DNA from: Felis catus
Lineage: Eukaryota
NCBI RefSeq assembly: GCF_018350175.1
Contig: NC_058368.1
Span: 228,162,001-228,226,000, forward strand
Reading direction: 5' to 3'
Length of the DNA: 64,000 nt
Shown one piece after another: positions 41,401 through 53,861 of this stretch. The notes under the pieces are model-generated. The model was not told the origin of the DNA, searched no databases, and was given only the letters and a program-made list of their open reading frames with translations. The number at the start of each line of letters is the position of its first letter. Within the stretch, counting starts at the first letter, position 1. Made by a program: the position numbers and the translations under genes.

Positions 41401-44213
41401 CATCATGGTCAGATGGATAAGCTCACAACTCAGGCCTGTGTGTCCCCTGAAGAAGTGTGTGCTCTGCTCCTCTCTGCACAGGGCAGTGCCTTTTGGATGA
41501 CCCATTTCCCTAGGGCCTCTGGACAGCTAGTCACTCTCTGGGAGTACTAACAGACAGTGGGCTGGGACACTGCCCAAAGAACCCAGGGGATTCTGCTCCC
41601 TGCCCCCGCCAAGCTCGGGGGTGTGGGGGGAGGGAGCTGCTTTAACTCTCATGAATCTGCTCCTCTCTCTTCCCTGTACCCTCATCCCCTAAAGGAGTGT
41701 GGGGTCCCAGAAAAAAAAAAGCCAGAGAGGAGGGCCCTGGCCATTTTCTTATTTGGCCAATTGGGAGTTGGGATGATGAAATTCAGGAAGACAACCTGAT
41801 CTTTTTTTTTTTTTAAGTTTATTTATTTTGAGACAGACAGAGAGAGTGCAAGCAGGGAAGGGGCAGAGAGGGAAGAGAAAGAGAATCTCAGGCAGGATCT
41901 GCACTGTTAGCGCAGAGCCCAGCCTGGGACTTGAACTCTCGAACCGCGAGATCATGACCTGAGCCAAAATCAAGAGTCTGACGCTTAACCAACTGAGCCA
42001 CCCAGGTGCCCCAAGACAACCTAATCTTAAAAATAGCTTTTACATGAAAAGTTTGTTTCAAAGGGAGGCAGAAATAAGTGATGCAATGTCATACTTCCCA
42101 GCTGATATCTTTCTTCTTGGGGAGAAACAAACAAATATGGGCCATATAGACGTGGGGATGCACCCCAGCTGGGTTTTAGGTTTTCTGCATTAACTCTAGG
42201 GGGAAAGGAAAACAGAGCAGACTAGAATCCCAGAGAACAAACTAGGATAAATATCTTGCTTTTGAAAAACACTGTATTGGGTTGTTATTACAAAAGCAAC
42301 TGATGTTCCTTGCGGAAAATACACATAGGTAATCCTGGAAATGAACTCTAAAAGTTCATTTTAGATAAAGAGCAAAGTATTTGCTGTCTGAACATATTCC
42401 TTGATTTACATATGTTTTAAAAATATATGTAAAATATAACATTTAAAAATATAATTCAACACATAACTGCTTTATAAGTTGAATTTTTAACTTAGTCATA
42501 TATCATGAATATCTTTCTTAGTTATAAAAATTTTCACAAGATAATTTTTAATGGCTTCAGAGTATTTTTATTCACTGGCACACCAAAATTTATTTAAATA
42601 ATGCTCTATTTTATTAGACATTTAGCATATATAACATATAAATATATACTATATTATGTGTAACGTATACATATGTTTTAAATGAACTTCAGTGACTGGT
42701 CCTGTAGCAAAATCTTTAACTCTTCCACTATTACTTCATACATATAAGTTTTTATAACTAGAATTAGCAGTTGTCTCAGAGAGAGGCCCATTTGTTTCTA
42801 AGAACCGAGCACTGAGTGGCCACAGCATGCGGAAGTCTGGCTCAAGTCTTTTATTGCCATGCAGAGTGCCAGGGAGGGACTGGCTGAACCAGGTGTCACC
42901 GGGATTTGTGAGCGAGCCTCAAAACACCACAGTCTGGGGATAATCTAAAGTTTCACCTAAAGAAAAAGGAGATGTGGAGTTAGATAAGGCAATAATGGTG
43001 CTAGAATTTTAACATGAGAAGTATTCCTGATTTTCAAGCAAAGATATGTATTTTTTTTTTACTTTTCTTTGTGCTTTATGATATTAGTAAGTATGCTTGT
43101 ATTTTATTTCTATTCTTATAGGGAAGTCATAAATGATGCAGATCTCTATTATCTCTTAGTTATTAACACGTGGGGAGAGTCTGACCTGTTGGCTTGGGAC
43201 CCTACATGAAGGTTTATAAGAGACAGTCTCTGGCTGACACAGGCACAAAGGCACTGAATCTTATGCTTCCTAGGAAATAAATGGCTCCCGGGTCTCAGAA
43301 GGGCAGCTAATATATAATGGTTTAAAATCATATTTTTGAGCCAGAGGCTGTATTTTTCTGAACATAAATTTCCTTCTGATTATGGCCCTTTTTAGACCTT
43401 GCTTGAAGATGCCGAGAGGTGCAGACATAAGATGCAGACCGCCTCCACGCTGATTGGTGGCTTGGCAGGAGAAAAGGAAAGGTGGACGGAACAAAGTAAA
43501 GAGTTTGCTGCACAAACAAAAAGACTTGTAGGTATGTATGCAAGTTCCTTTACTGATCAGATTATATGTTGACCACGGTAGGGAGTTAGCAAAGTGGAAC
43601 TTTTATCAGAATACAAACCAACATTCTAGTACTTCAAATTCCTGTGTGTGTGTGTATGTGTGTGTGTGTGTGTGTGTGTGTATGTCCAGATATTTCAGAA
43701 GGATGAATATTGGTCTGGCATCTATGCAACCCTGAGTAGATGTATTAATGACCTTCAACATCTTATCAGGTCGTTTTTCAATTCCCTTATGAGCGAATGG
43801 TCATACTGATCAAGGTCACTTTGAATGGAGGCTCTGTCTTCTGAAGTTGTGTATCTTAGACTCCAAAGTCATACTCTTACATCCAACAAGAGTGGAAATA
43901 ATCTAGTGCTTGACACTAGCAGGTATCACTTGACGGACCATTTGGACCCTGTTTAACAAGAAACCAACCTACTTCTTATTCACCAAGGCACAGCAACATG
44001 GTTACAGTTTGGTTTCTGGAAGTTAGTTTAAAAGAATGTTTGCCTTTGGAGCGCCTGGGTGGCTCAGTCGGTTAAGCGTCCAACTTTGGCTCAAGTCTTG
44101 ATCTTGCGGTCGTGAGGTTTAGCCCCTGGTCAGGCTCTGTGCTGACAGCTTGGAGACTGGAGCCTGCCTCTGGTTCTGTGACTCCTCCCTCTGCCCCTCC
44201 CCCACTGGTGTGC

Positions 44214-44266
<53 letters not shown>

Positions 44267-46240
44267 AATAAATGTTAATATTCTGCACAATTATAAGGCT
44301 GATTATAAAATGCCTCAGTGGTGTTTTGTTTTCCGTTTTAGGGGATGTGTTGTTGGCTACAGCTTTTCTATCTTATTCTGGTCCATTTAACCAAGAGTTT
44401 CGCAATCTGCTGCTAAATGACTGGCAGAAGGAAATGAAAGTCCGGGAAATCCCATTTGGAGACAATCTAAATCTCAATGAGATGTTGATTGATGCCCCTA
44501 CTATTAGTGAATGGAACCTCCAAGGTCTGCCAAATGATGACCTATCCATTCAAAATGGAATTATTGTCACAAAGGCATCTCGCTATCCTTTGTTAATTGA
44601 TCCGCAGACTCAAGGGAAGATCTGGATTAAAAATAAAGAAAGCCGGAATGAACTCCAGGTAATTTGAGTTCAAGTATATTTATGTTACTGGTCAAGTTTT
44701 ATTGTCTCTGATGAGCAGGAGTCCGAGAATAAAGAAATATTTGAAAATAGTAGAGTTGTAATCCTAATAGAGCAATAACAGTTGCAAGCCTAAAATCTGA
44801 TATTAAGATCTTTTCTAAAAATTGTATTTACATTTGTGTTGATCTCTACTAATGCCATCTTTCAAAGGTTGCAGACTCTCTTCTGTTAGAGCCTAAAACT
44901 CTCCGTGATGAACAGAGCAGGGTGGAGTTCTATCACATTGAGTATACAGCACTTTACGAGGACACATCATGATTATTCCATTATTATTTATCACCAAATT
45001 GGTGGTGGTAGTGAGAAGACAGGTTGCACGGGGGAAGAACAGTTTGCTAAGGAAAAGGATGGAAACGGTTTAAGCTTTCTGTATAATTTCACCAAGAATG
45101 GGTTCCACATAAGGATTTCTAAAAATCTCTGCGATAGACTGCTGGAGCACCATTTAGTATTTGTCATCTCTGCACCTTGCATCATGATACTGTGAAAGCA
45201 ACTCTTGGATCCTGTTCCTAGATCACATCTCTAAATCACAAGTACTTCAGAAACCACCTGGAGGACAGTCTTTCTCTTGGAAGGCCCTTGCTTATTGAAG
45301 ATGTTGGAGAGGAACTAGACCCAGCACTGGATAATGTTTTGGAGAGAAACTTCATTAAGACTGGGTCTACCTTTAAGGTCAGTTAGACCTATTGATAATG
45401 ATGTGTAGAGCCATAACCATGAGGGCAGGTAAATGTGACATAGATGGAATTTTCTCAATAGGCAGGAATTCAAATTTGAGTCAGTGCAAGAGGCATTTGC
45501 TTTTCTCTTCTCCACTTCCTGAGTTGGGATTAAAGTGTTCAAAAGCAGTCCTTTTAGAGATATCTACTTCACTCGTGTGACAGAATCTGACTCCATTTTG
45601 ATGGTTGACTGTGGACATGTTTCAAAACCCACCATGCCCCTCACCTTTCTGTCCCAAATCTGGGCAAGCTGATAAGAAAACCTGGGGCTCTCTCCTTTGG
45701 CAGTGGTGGGACATTCAAGCCATGCAGTCCTCTGTTCATGCCCTGTGTGGGGACTCTCATCCTACCCCTACGCCCTAGCCACCAGCTGTTTTTTCCTACT
45801 CTCTCAATCAATTTTTGCGACCTGTTTGGGAGCCCACCTTAATCTTCCCCCAAATCTCCATAGGTGAGCAATAAACCTTTTCATTCCCTTTTGGTGCATG
45901 TGTGATGTCATCAGTCTTGACCTCTGAACCAAATTTTGGGTAAAGAATCCATCTCACTTCTGTGGTACGATCACACCACTTTTGGTGCAAAATTCTACAT
46001 TTATGATATATATTAGTGCGCATTGAACTCCCTCCCTCCTTCTTCCCTCCTCCTTCCCTTCCTCCTTCTTCCCTCCTTCTTCCCTCCTTCTTCCCTTTCA
46101 TCCTAGTGGTTTGAAGCCCTGTGAATGCCCAATGACCTCTTCTTTTTCGTTTACAAATACCTCTAGTTACATAATTGTTTAAAGCAATGCTTGATCCTGT
46201 GCAAAAAAGGACACGGTAAGGTGCATTTGTTTTACTACTT

Positions 46241-46291
<51 letters not shown>

Positions 46292-48437
46292 TTATCTTTT
46301 CAAGTTTATTATTTTTTAAGTTTATTTCTTTATTTATTTTAAGAGAAAGAGAGAGAGAGAGAGTGAGTGATCAGGGGAGGAGCAGAGAGAGGAGAGAGAG
46401 AATTCCAAGCAGGCCTGGCAATGTCAGCACAGAGCCCGATGCGGGCGGAGCTTGAACTCACAAACCGGGAGTTCATGACCGGGTCTGAAAGCAAGAGTCG
46501 AATGCTTAGCCAGATGAGCCACCCAGGTGCCCCGAACTTTATTTTTATAATAAAGGTGAAAGTTGGTGACAAGGAGGTAGATGTAATGGACGGCTTCAGA
46601 CTCTACATTACCACCAAACTGCCCAATCCAGCCTACACCCCTGAAATCAGTGCTCGGACCTCTATCATCGACTTCACTGTCACCATGAAAGGTCTGGAAG
46701 ATCAGTTACTGGGGAGAGTCATCCTCACAGAGAAACAGGTGAGTGAAGCGTGACCATCTCCTTTTCTGCATTGTGTTGTGATTCTTTCATTGGTGAAAAT
46801 AACATGATAAAAGTTGTAGTAGGATTGAGTCCCCCCTTTTTATTCCTATGTTCTTCCCTTTATTAATTTCCAAGTATCTTAGGTAATTACTAATCGATTA
46901 GCCCATATGTTTTATCTGTCTCATAAATCACATTGATCAATTGATTTTGTGTAGACTAATGATGTAACTATGAGGCTGTCAGCCTCAGACTCGGCATCAT
47001 TATTCTGGTCTTATTTTGCTTTATTTTTCTGAAGTTTGCTCTATTGTGAGTTCTACTCACCTGTTCACTTTTAGGTTTCCAGGATACAGTGAGGTTTTGC
47101 TTTCATTTGATTCATGATTATGCTTTTGGAATCTGAAATTAAACCTTTGTACCAGATCACACACCACATTCTCAAGTCTGATTTGTTACCTAAGAGAGCT
47201 CTGTGTGTGATCTGACATGACAGACATCTGGGGCCTCAGAGCTTCACGGAGTGCCTTTTGGAGGCTGCTGGCTTAGTTATGCTCTGCTAGTATAACTCCA
47301 TATCTGTTTTCTCTACCTCTGTTTTGCGGAATAACTTCATGAGGAACAAAAAATGGCCACTAATTGGTAAACTTCTTTGTTTTGAGTCAGTATTTTCTCT
47401 AGGGAGCATGTGAGTCTTACAAGAATCTAGAGGGTTTCAATAGGACTGCTTTAGTAAAACCATATGAACTCTCAAAGTTGCTGTTGATTTTCTCCTGGGT
47501 TCATTAGCAATGAGGAGTCTAGTTTACTTTATAGCGCCTTCTACACCGACCTAATGGCTTATTTAGGTGAAAATTATTGGCAAAATCTTTGGAATCTCTC
47601 CTTCACATTATTTTGATTATTATTATTATTTTTTTTGTATGTTTCATGCTTGGTCTTCTGAGTCCTGTATGTTGATCTCTTTCTTTTTTATGTCCATCCT
47701 CCCACCCTTTTCTTTTCTTTTCTTTTCTTTCCTTTTCTTTTCTTTTCTTTTCTTTTCTTTTCTTTTCTTTTTCTTTTTCTTTTTCTTTTAAAAATACTTT
47801 CTTTTTATTTGTTAGTGCATAGTGCATAAATCATAGAGTCCTATGGTTAGAAGTTGCATAGAGTCATATGGTTGGAAGGTTCAATCTGACTTTGTAGATT
47901 CGTGTGGTTAGTAATCTCTGTATGGCAGGAAGTGATGCCAGAGTTCCGACCACAGACTTGAAGTCTCTCGAAGTAATGACAGCCTTTAGACCAAGTGCTT
48001 GCTTATTTTTGGAGCCTCAGTAGAGGTGGTTGGGAAGCTTAGTGCTGCCATACCGTTACTTGAGGAAGGACTGGGATTCCTGATCAACAGCTTGTGTTGT
48101 TGAGCAGGGAACCCCGATGGTCTCTGGGGCAGCATCCGTTCACCATATCTTAGGCTGCTCTCACCTGTGGCATTGGCTTCAAGGAGATAAGGGGCCCTGA
48201 TGGCAGTTTGAATAATGTACTCGTCTTTGGTTTTCTCACATTCAGCTGAGATGAATATAGTCTCCTTGGAAGAAATAATTTGGCCTGACAGATTTTGTTT
48301 GCAACAAAACAGCTCCGGAGCCATAAGTGTTACAATAGAAGTTTGAGATGAAGTGAGAAACACTTTAAACTCCTTTGAAGACTTTGCTTTTAAAAGTTTT
48401 ATTTAAATGTTTTTATTTATTTTTGAGAGAGAGAGTG

Positions 48438-48477
<40 letters not shown>

Positions 48478-50275
48478 CATAAATGGGGGAGGGGCAGAGA
48501 ATCCCGAGGGGAGCGGGCTCTGTGTTGTGCAGAGCCTGACACAGGACTCAAACTCACAAACCTTGAGATCATGATGTGAGATGAAGCCAGACGCTTAACC
48601 GAGCCACCCAGCCACCCTAACTCCTTTGAAGATGTGAACAGCCTTGAAAATCCAATATGGATCCCAAGCTGGGCTTTTTCTTACCTCCTGGAAAGGTATC
48701 TTGAGTATCTTGAGAAAATTACTCCTTTACTGTTGTCTCCTGATGAGAATCCATTCCAGCCTCACAGTAGATAATTCTTAGAAAATGTATGGTCATAGGA
48801 ACGTGACTCTTACTCTTATAATATTAGAGGGTCCCTTATGCTGAACCACATTATTATAGAACATGTAACCTATTTTTTTTTTTTTTGAGAGAGAGCTCAA
48901 GTGAATGAGGGGCAGAGAGAGAAAGGGAGGGAGGGAGAGAGAGAGAGAGAGAGAGAGAGCAGCAGGACTCACCCAAAGCAGGGCTCGTGTTTACCTAAGG
49001 TCGAGCTCATGCTCACCCGAAGCCAAGCTCAAGCTTACCTGATACAGGACTCGAACTCACGAACTGTGAGATCATGACCTGAACCGAAGTCAGATGCTTA
49101 AGACGGAGCCACCCAGGCACCCTAACCTGTATTTTCTTTCCTCTAATGTAAGGTCTCATGCAAGAAGTGAGCTGGTGGGCTGAATTTTGATGAATTTTAA
49201 TTCATTTAATTTTTGATGAATTTTGATGAATTTTGATGAATTGCACTTCTTGCAAGCAGCCATTTCTTTTGTAGCATCTAGTCCTCTCACCGCATTCCTG
49301 CGTCAGCTCACATTGCCGAATCTTCTCAGCCTGGGTGGTGGCAAGTGGGTCTGAGTTGATATCTGGATCCTTCGGGGCATTTCTTGAAATTGCGTAACTC
49401 ATTTGAAAAGAGCCAACAGATACAAAAAGTGTTTTTAAGTCTGAATTGTTCCTTTGACCTCAGTGACAAGGAGTCTTTCTAAACATGATCACTTTTTAGG
49501 TAATTATTATATACATGATACCAATATAAAATGTTATAGAGCCAAGGGGGGCTATCAGAAGCCAGGAAGACCCCAGCAGTAAGAAGTTGGTGTTGGCCAG
49601 GGTGGGGAGGGGGCGCTGGGGTGGCTCAGTCAGTTAAACGTCGAGGTCTCGATTTTGGCTGAAGCCCCGCGTTGGGCTCTGCGCTGGCTGTGCAAAGCCT
49701 GCTTGCGATTCTCTCTCTCCCCACCCTCTCTCCGCCTCTCCCCTGTGTGCTCTCTCTCTCTCTAAATAATAAATAGACATTAAAGAAAAAGAAGTTGGTG
49801 TTAGAAAGCATCTTCCTTTACGCATGGAGCTGAAATGAAGGGTGATTCTCTACAGTCACAGTAACTTAAACCTTCCCTGGTCTGTCGATTCTTCTTGTGG
49901 AAGGTGGCTTGGGACAGTACCTTATGATACCAGGGATTCTTTGAATCCATAAACCCACCAGCTGTCCAGTGTCTTGGAGATACAGGTAGTGGGATCTGGT
50001 CTTGTGAGTGCTCGGCCGGACAGCCTGCTGGAGCCTCGGGTTTGTTTGCTTCAGAAATGAAGGGAGGGGTGCCTGGGTGGCTCAGTCGGTTAAGCGTCTG
50101 ACTTCAGCGCCAGGTCATGATCTCATAGTTCGTGGGTTCAAGCGCCGCGTCAGGGTCTGTGCTGACAGCTCGGAGCCTGGAACCTGCTTCAGATTCTGTG
50201 TCTCCCTCTCTCTCTGCCCCCTGCCCTGCTCACACTCTGTCTCTGTCTCTCAAAAAGTGAATAAATGTTAAAATA

Positions 50276-50310
<35 letters not shown>

Positions 50311-53300
50311 AAACCAGCAGCAACAACAACAACTTCCTTGGATTCACTCTCACCTTGCCCCCAGAGAACAAGACAGAAACTCAAAGAGTACTGTATACTA
50401 TTAGGAGGAAAATACTAACATAGATTAACAGCATTTACTGGCCACACAACACAGGGCTTCAGGGCTCACCTTGTTCAGAATCCTAGATGAGCAAGCAGGT
50501 CCAGCACTTGATTTCCTTTGGAGGTGGAAGAATCACTCAAACTCAGTGGAACCGAGAGGAGAAATAATGTAACGAAGCCCTAAACAGACATCGTTATCAT
50601 CAGCTCACTGGTATGGAGAACAATAAGTCTGAGTTCTCTTGCTTAATCTTTCTACTGTAACCCCCAGTGTAAGGTGCAGAAGAGATGGAACCTTTGGGAA
50701 TGAAAGCCTGGGTGATCCATTAGAAAGGAGGGCTCTCGAGGGCCATCATCTGTTTCCTTTCATTAATTTCAAAACCGTGGTTACAGATGCAGTTTATGTA
50801 CACAAATAATTTTAGTTTTCATTTGCATCTTTGTTGAGCCACTTAATTTTTGATCATTTAATTAATAGATAGTATGTTTCATGAAATCATCCTGAATCAC
50901 TACTGTACTTTCTTACTCACTTTGTGGATGCTTTTCTTATTATCACAGGTTAATTTTTTTAAAAAAATACATCCCATATTAATTGTTTTAAAATTTTTTT
51001 TAATGTTTATTTATTTTTGAGAGAGACAGAGACAGAATGTGAGTGGGTTAGGGGCAGGGAGAGAGAGAGGGAGACACAGAATCCAAAGCAGGCTCCAGGC
51101 TCCTAGCCGTCAGCACAGAACCCGACACGGGGCTCGAACTCACAAAGCTGTGAGATCATGACCTGGGCTGAAGTTGGACGCTCAACCGACTGAGCCACCC
51201 AGGCGCCCCACAGGTTAATTTCTTTTAATGTTTATTTATTTTAGAGAGAGAGAGAGCACACACATGAGCAGGGCAGTGCAGAGAGAGGAAGACAGGATCT
51301 GAAACAGGCTCCACACTGACAGCAGAAAGCCTGATGCAGGGCTTGAACTCAGCTATGACCTGAGCTGAATTCAGACACTTAACCTACTGAGCCACCTAGG
51401 TGCCCCTTACTATCACAGTTTATATAAAACATTTACACGACAGCCTTAGTATATAGAATACATAGCACAAATGTCTACCTCTGTGTGTGTGTGTATGTGT
51501 GTGTGTGTTGAAATAATCCCTTTGGTGGGAAAAATGCTTATAGACAAAATGATTTTGATTAATTTTGCTCCTTATTATTATATTTGTTATCTTTATATTT
51601 TGCTTCTTATTATTATATATTATATCTTCTTATATATTGGGGGACCTAAGTTATGGTTCAACAGAACTATGTCTAAGTCAGCCATACAAATGAAACTATA
51701 CCTAAACCCTTATCCCCAAAGAGGTTTTCCATTTTAAAAGCTTGAATGAGGGATGCCTGGGTGGTTCAGTCCATTAGGTTAAGCATCCGACCTTGGCTCA
51801 GGTCATGACCTCACGGTTCATGAGTTCAAGCCCCACACTGGGCTCTGTGCTGACAGGTAAGAGCCTGGAGCCTGCTTCAGATTCTGTGTCTCCTTCTCTC
51901 TCTGTCCTTCCCCAACTCACACTCTGTCTCTCTCTTAAAAACAAATAAACATGAAAAAATTTTTAAAAATAAATGAAAAATAAAATCTTGAATAAATTGT
52001 TCTACTTTCCTTCAGAGATAACTTTATCTTTTCCATAACTGTTGTCCCATTGTAGCGTTTGGTCATTTACCTACTATTTGGTACATGACAGGTTGCTTTC
52101 ATAATTCCAAATTGCATTGAGAAAGAATGAAATCGTGCCATTTGCAGCAACGTGGATGGAACTGGAAGGTATTATGCTAAGTGAAATCAGTCAGAGAAAG
52201 ATATCATATGTGGATCTTGAGAAAGTTGACAAAAGACCACGGGGGAAGGAAAGGGGGAAAAATAGTTACAAACAGAAAGGGAGGGAGGCAAACCATAAGA
52301 GATTCTTAAATACAGAGAACAAACTGAGGGTGGATGGGGGAGTGGGGGAGAGGGGAAAGTGGGTGATGGGCATTAAGAGGGGCACTTGTTGGGATGAGCA
52401 CTGGGTGTCGTATGGAAGTGATGAACCCTGGGAATCTACCCCCAAAACCAAGAGCACACTTTACACTGTATGTTAGCTAGTTTGACAATAAATCATATTA
52501 AAAAAAAAAAAGAAACAGAAAACAACAACAAAAAATCCAAATTGCCTTAAATTGTACTATTTACTTTAGGGTATATTATTTTGTCAGTTTTAATCTTTGG
52601 GGGGAAATGTACTTCTTAGCCTCATTTTAATTCTTTGGGAATGTAGGTGGTTACTTTAAATGACAAAGTGATTGGTGTTGACAATGATATTGAATTGACC
52701 ACAACCATCTCAATAATGTTCAAGCTTTAACTTGCTATTTTTTAAAATCAGGAATTGAATAATTTGCCCCTTTGTCCACATTGTAGTAACTGTTGCTCTT
52801 GTGAATAATGGCTTTCATAAGCAACATGAGGGCTTTTAGTACTGATTCCATAGCTCTCAAGTGGAGATGTAGGTTGTAATAAGTCTTGCAAACTGTGTTG
52901 GGAATTTTGGACCTTTCAAAACAGCTGAGGGAAATCCCAGAATGGCTAGGAGCAGGAAAGGGGGTGATGGCAGAGAAGAGGGTGAGCAAGGAGACCAATT
53001 ATGGAGAGTAGTCCATGAGGAATAATTAGAGCCTAAACCAGGGCAGTGGCTATGCAAATGGAAGAAATGGATGGAGGAAGAAAACATACTATGTTGGAAG
53101 AACTGATAAGACGGGGTGCGGTTTATGGATTTGACAGCCCCATGCTCTGTCTGTTCCCAGCAGACATGAAAACATGCATCCTTAGCATAAGTACAAGATT
53201 AGAAAGTTTTTATCCCTTTTATCCCTTTTTCAGCCACTTTATTATGCTTTTGTAATGATGTGTGAAATTCTAAAGTATGATTTATTTTGTGCCAACCTAT

Positions 53301-53801
53301 AATTTTATTTTTCAAGCTGCTTATTTCCCAAATAAGTATTATAACGCTTCCAAAAATCCATGCTTGGAATGAATCAAGGGAGGGGATAAGAGAGGAGAGA
53401 CATCTTTTGAGCAGCTATCATGATTCAGTTACTGTTGTAGCTGCTGTTTTCCTACTTACATCCTCATACTCACTCTCTGAGCTGTTTTTACATCCATCTC
53501 ACAGATGAGGAAACTGAGGCTCATAGCGTCACATAACATGGCCAGTGTCAGGCAGCCGTTAGATCCTGGGAGCTGTGATTCAAACCTATGTCTTCCTGTT
53601 GTCAAACCATCATTCTTCCCATGGCTTTACATTCCTCCCTTATCTGCCTTCTTCAGGTGAGGAGGTTTTCTTTTTTTAATGTCCAGATTTATTTCAGCTT
53701 AATGCTAGATAAAAGCTAGCATGTGTACAGGTATTATGTCAAATTAAGTGGCTGTTATTTTTTATTTTATTTTTAATTTTTATTTTATTTCATTTATTTT
53801 A

Positions 53802-53861
<60 letters not shown>

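Noticed and set aside
46367..46753. 128-aa SINE-exon fusion ORF as a separate gene
   Set aside because: Chance open frame through the SINE into exon O, with a GTG start and an in-frame TGA directly upstream; no promoter evidence.
49180..49242. (TGAATTTTGA)n decamers, plus short direct repeats at 5587-5612 and ~16746-16795, as CRISPR-like arrays
   Set aside because: Simple slippage repeats with 2-5 units and no array of unique spacers; eukaryotic intron with no cas genes.
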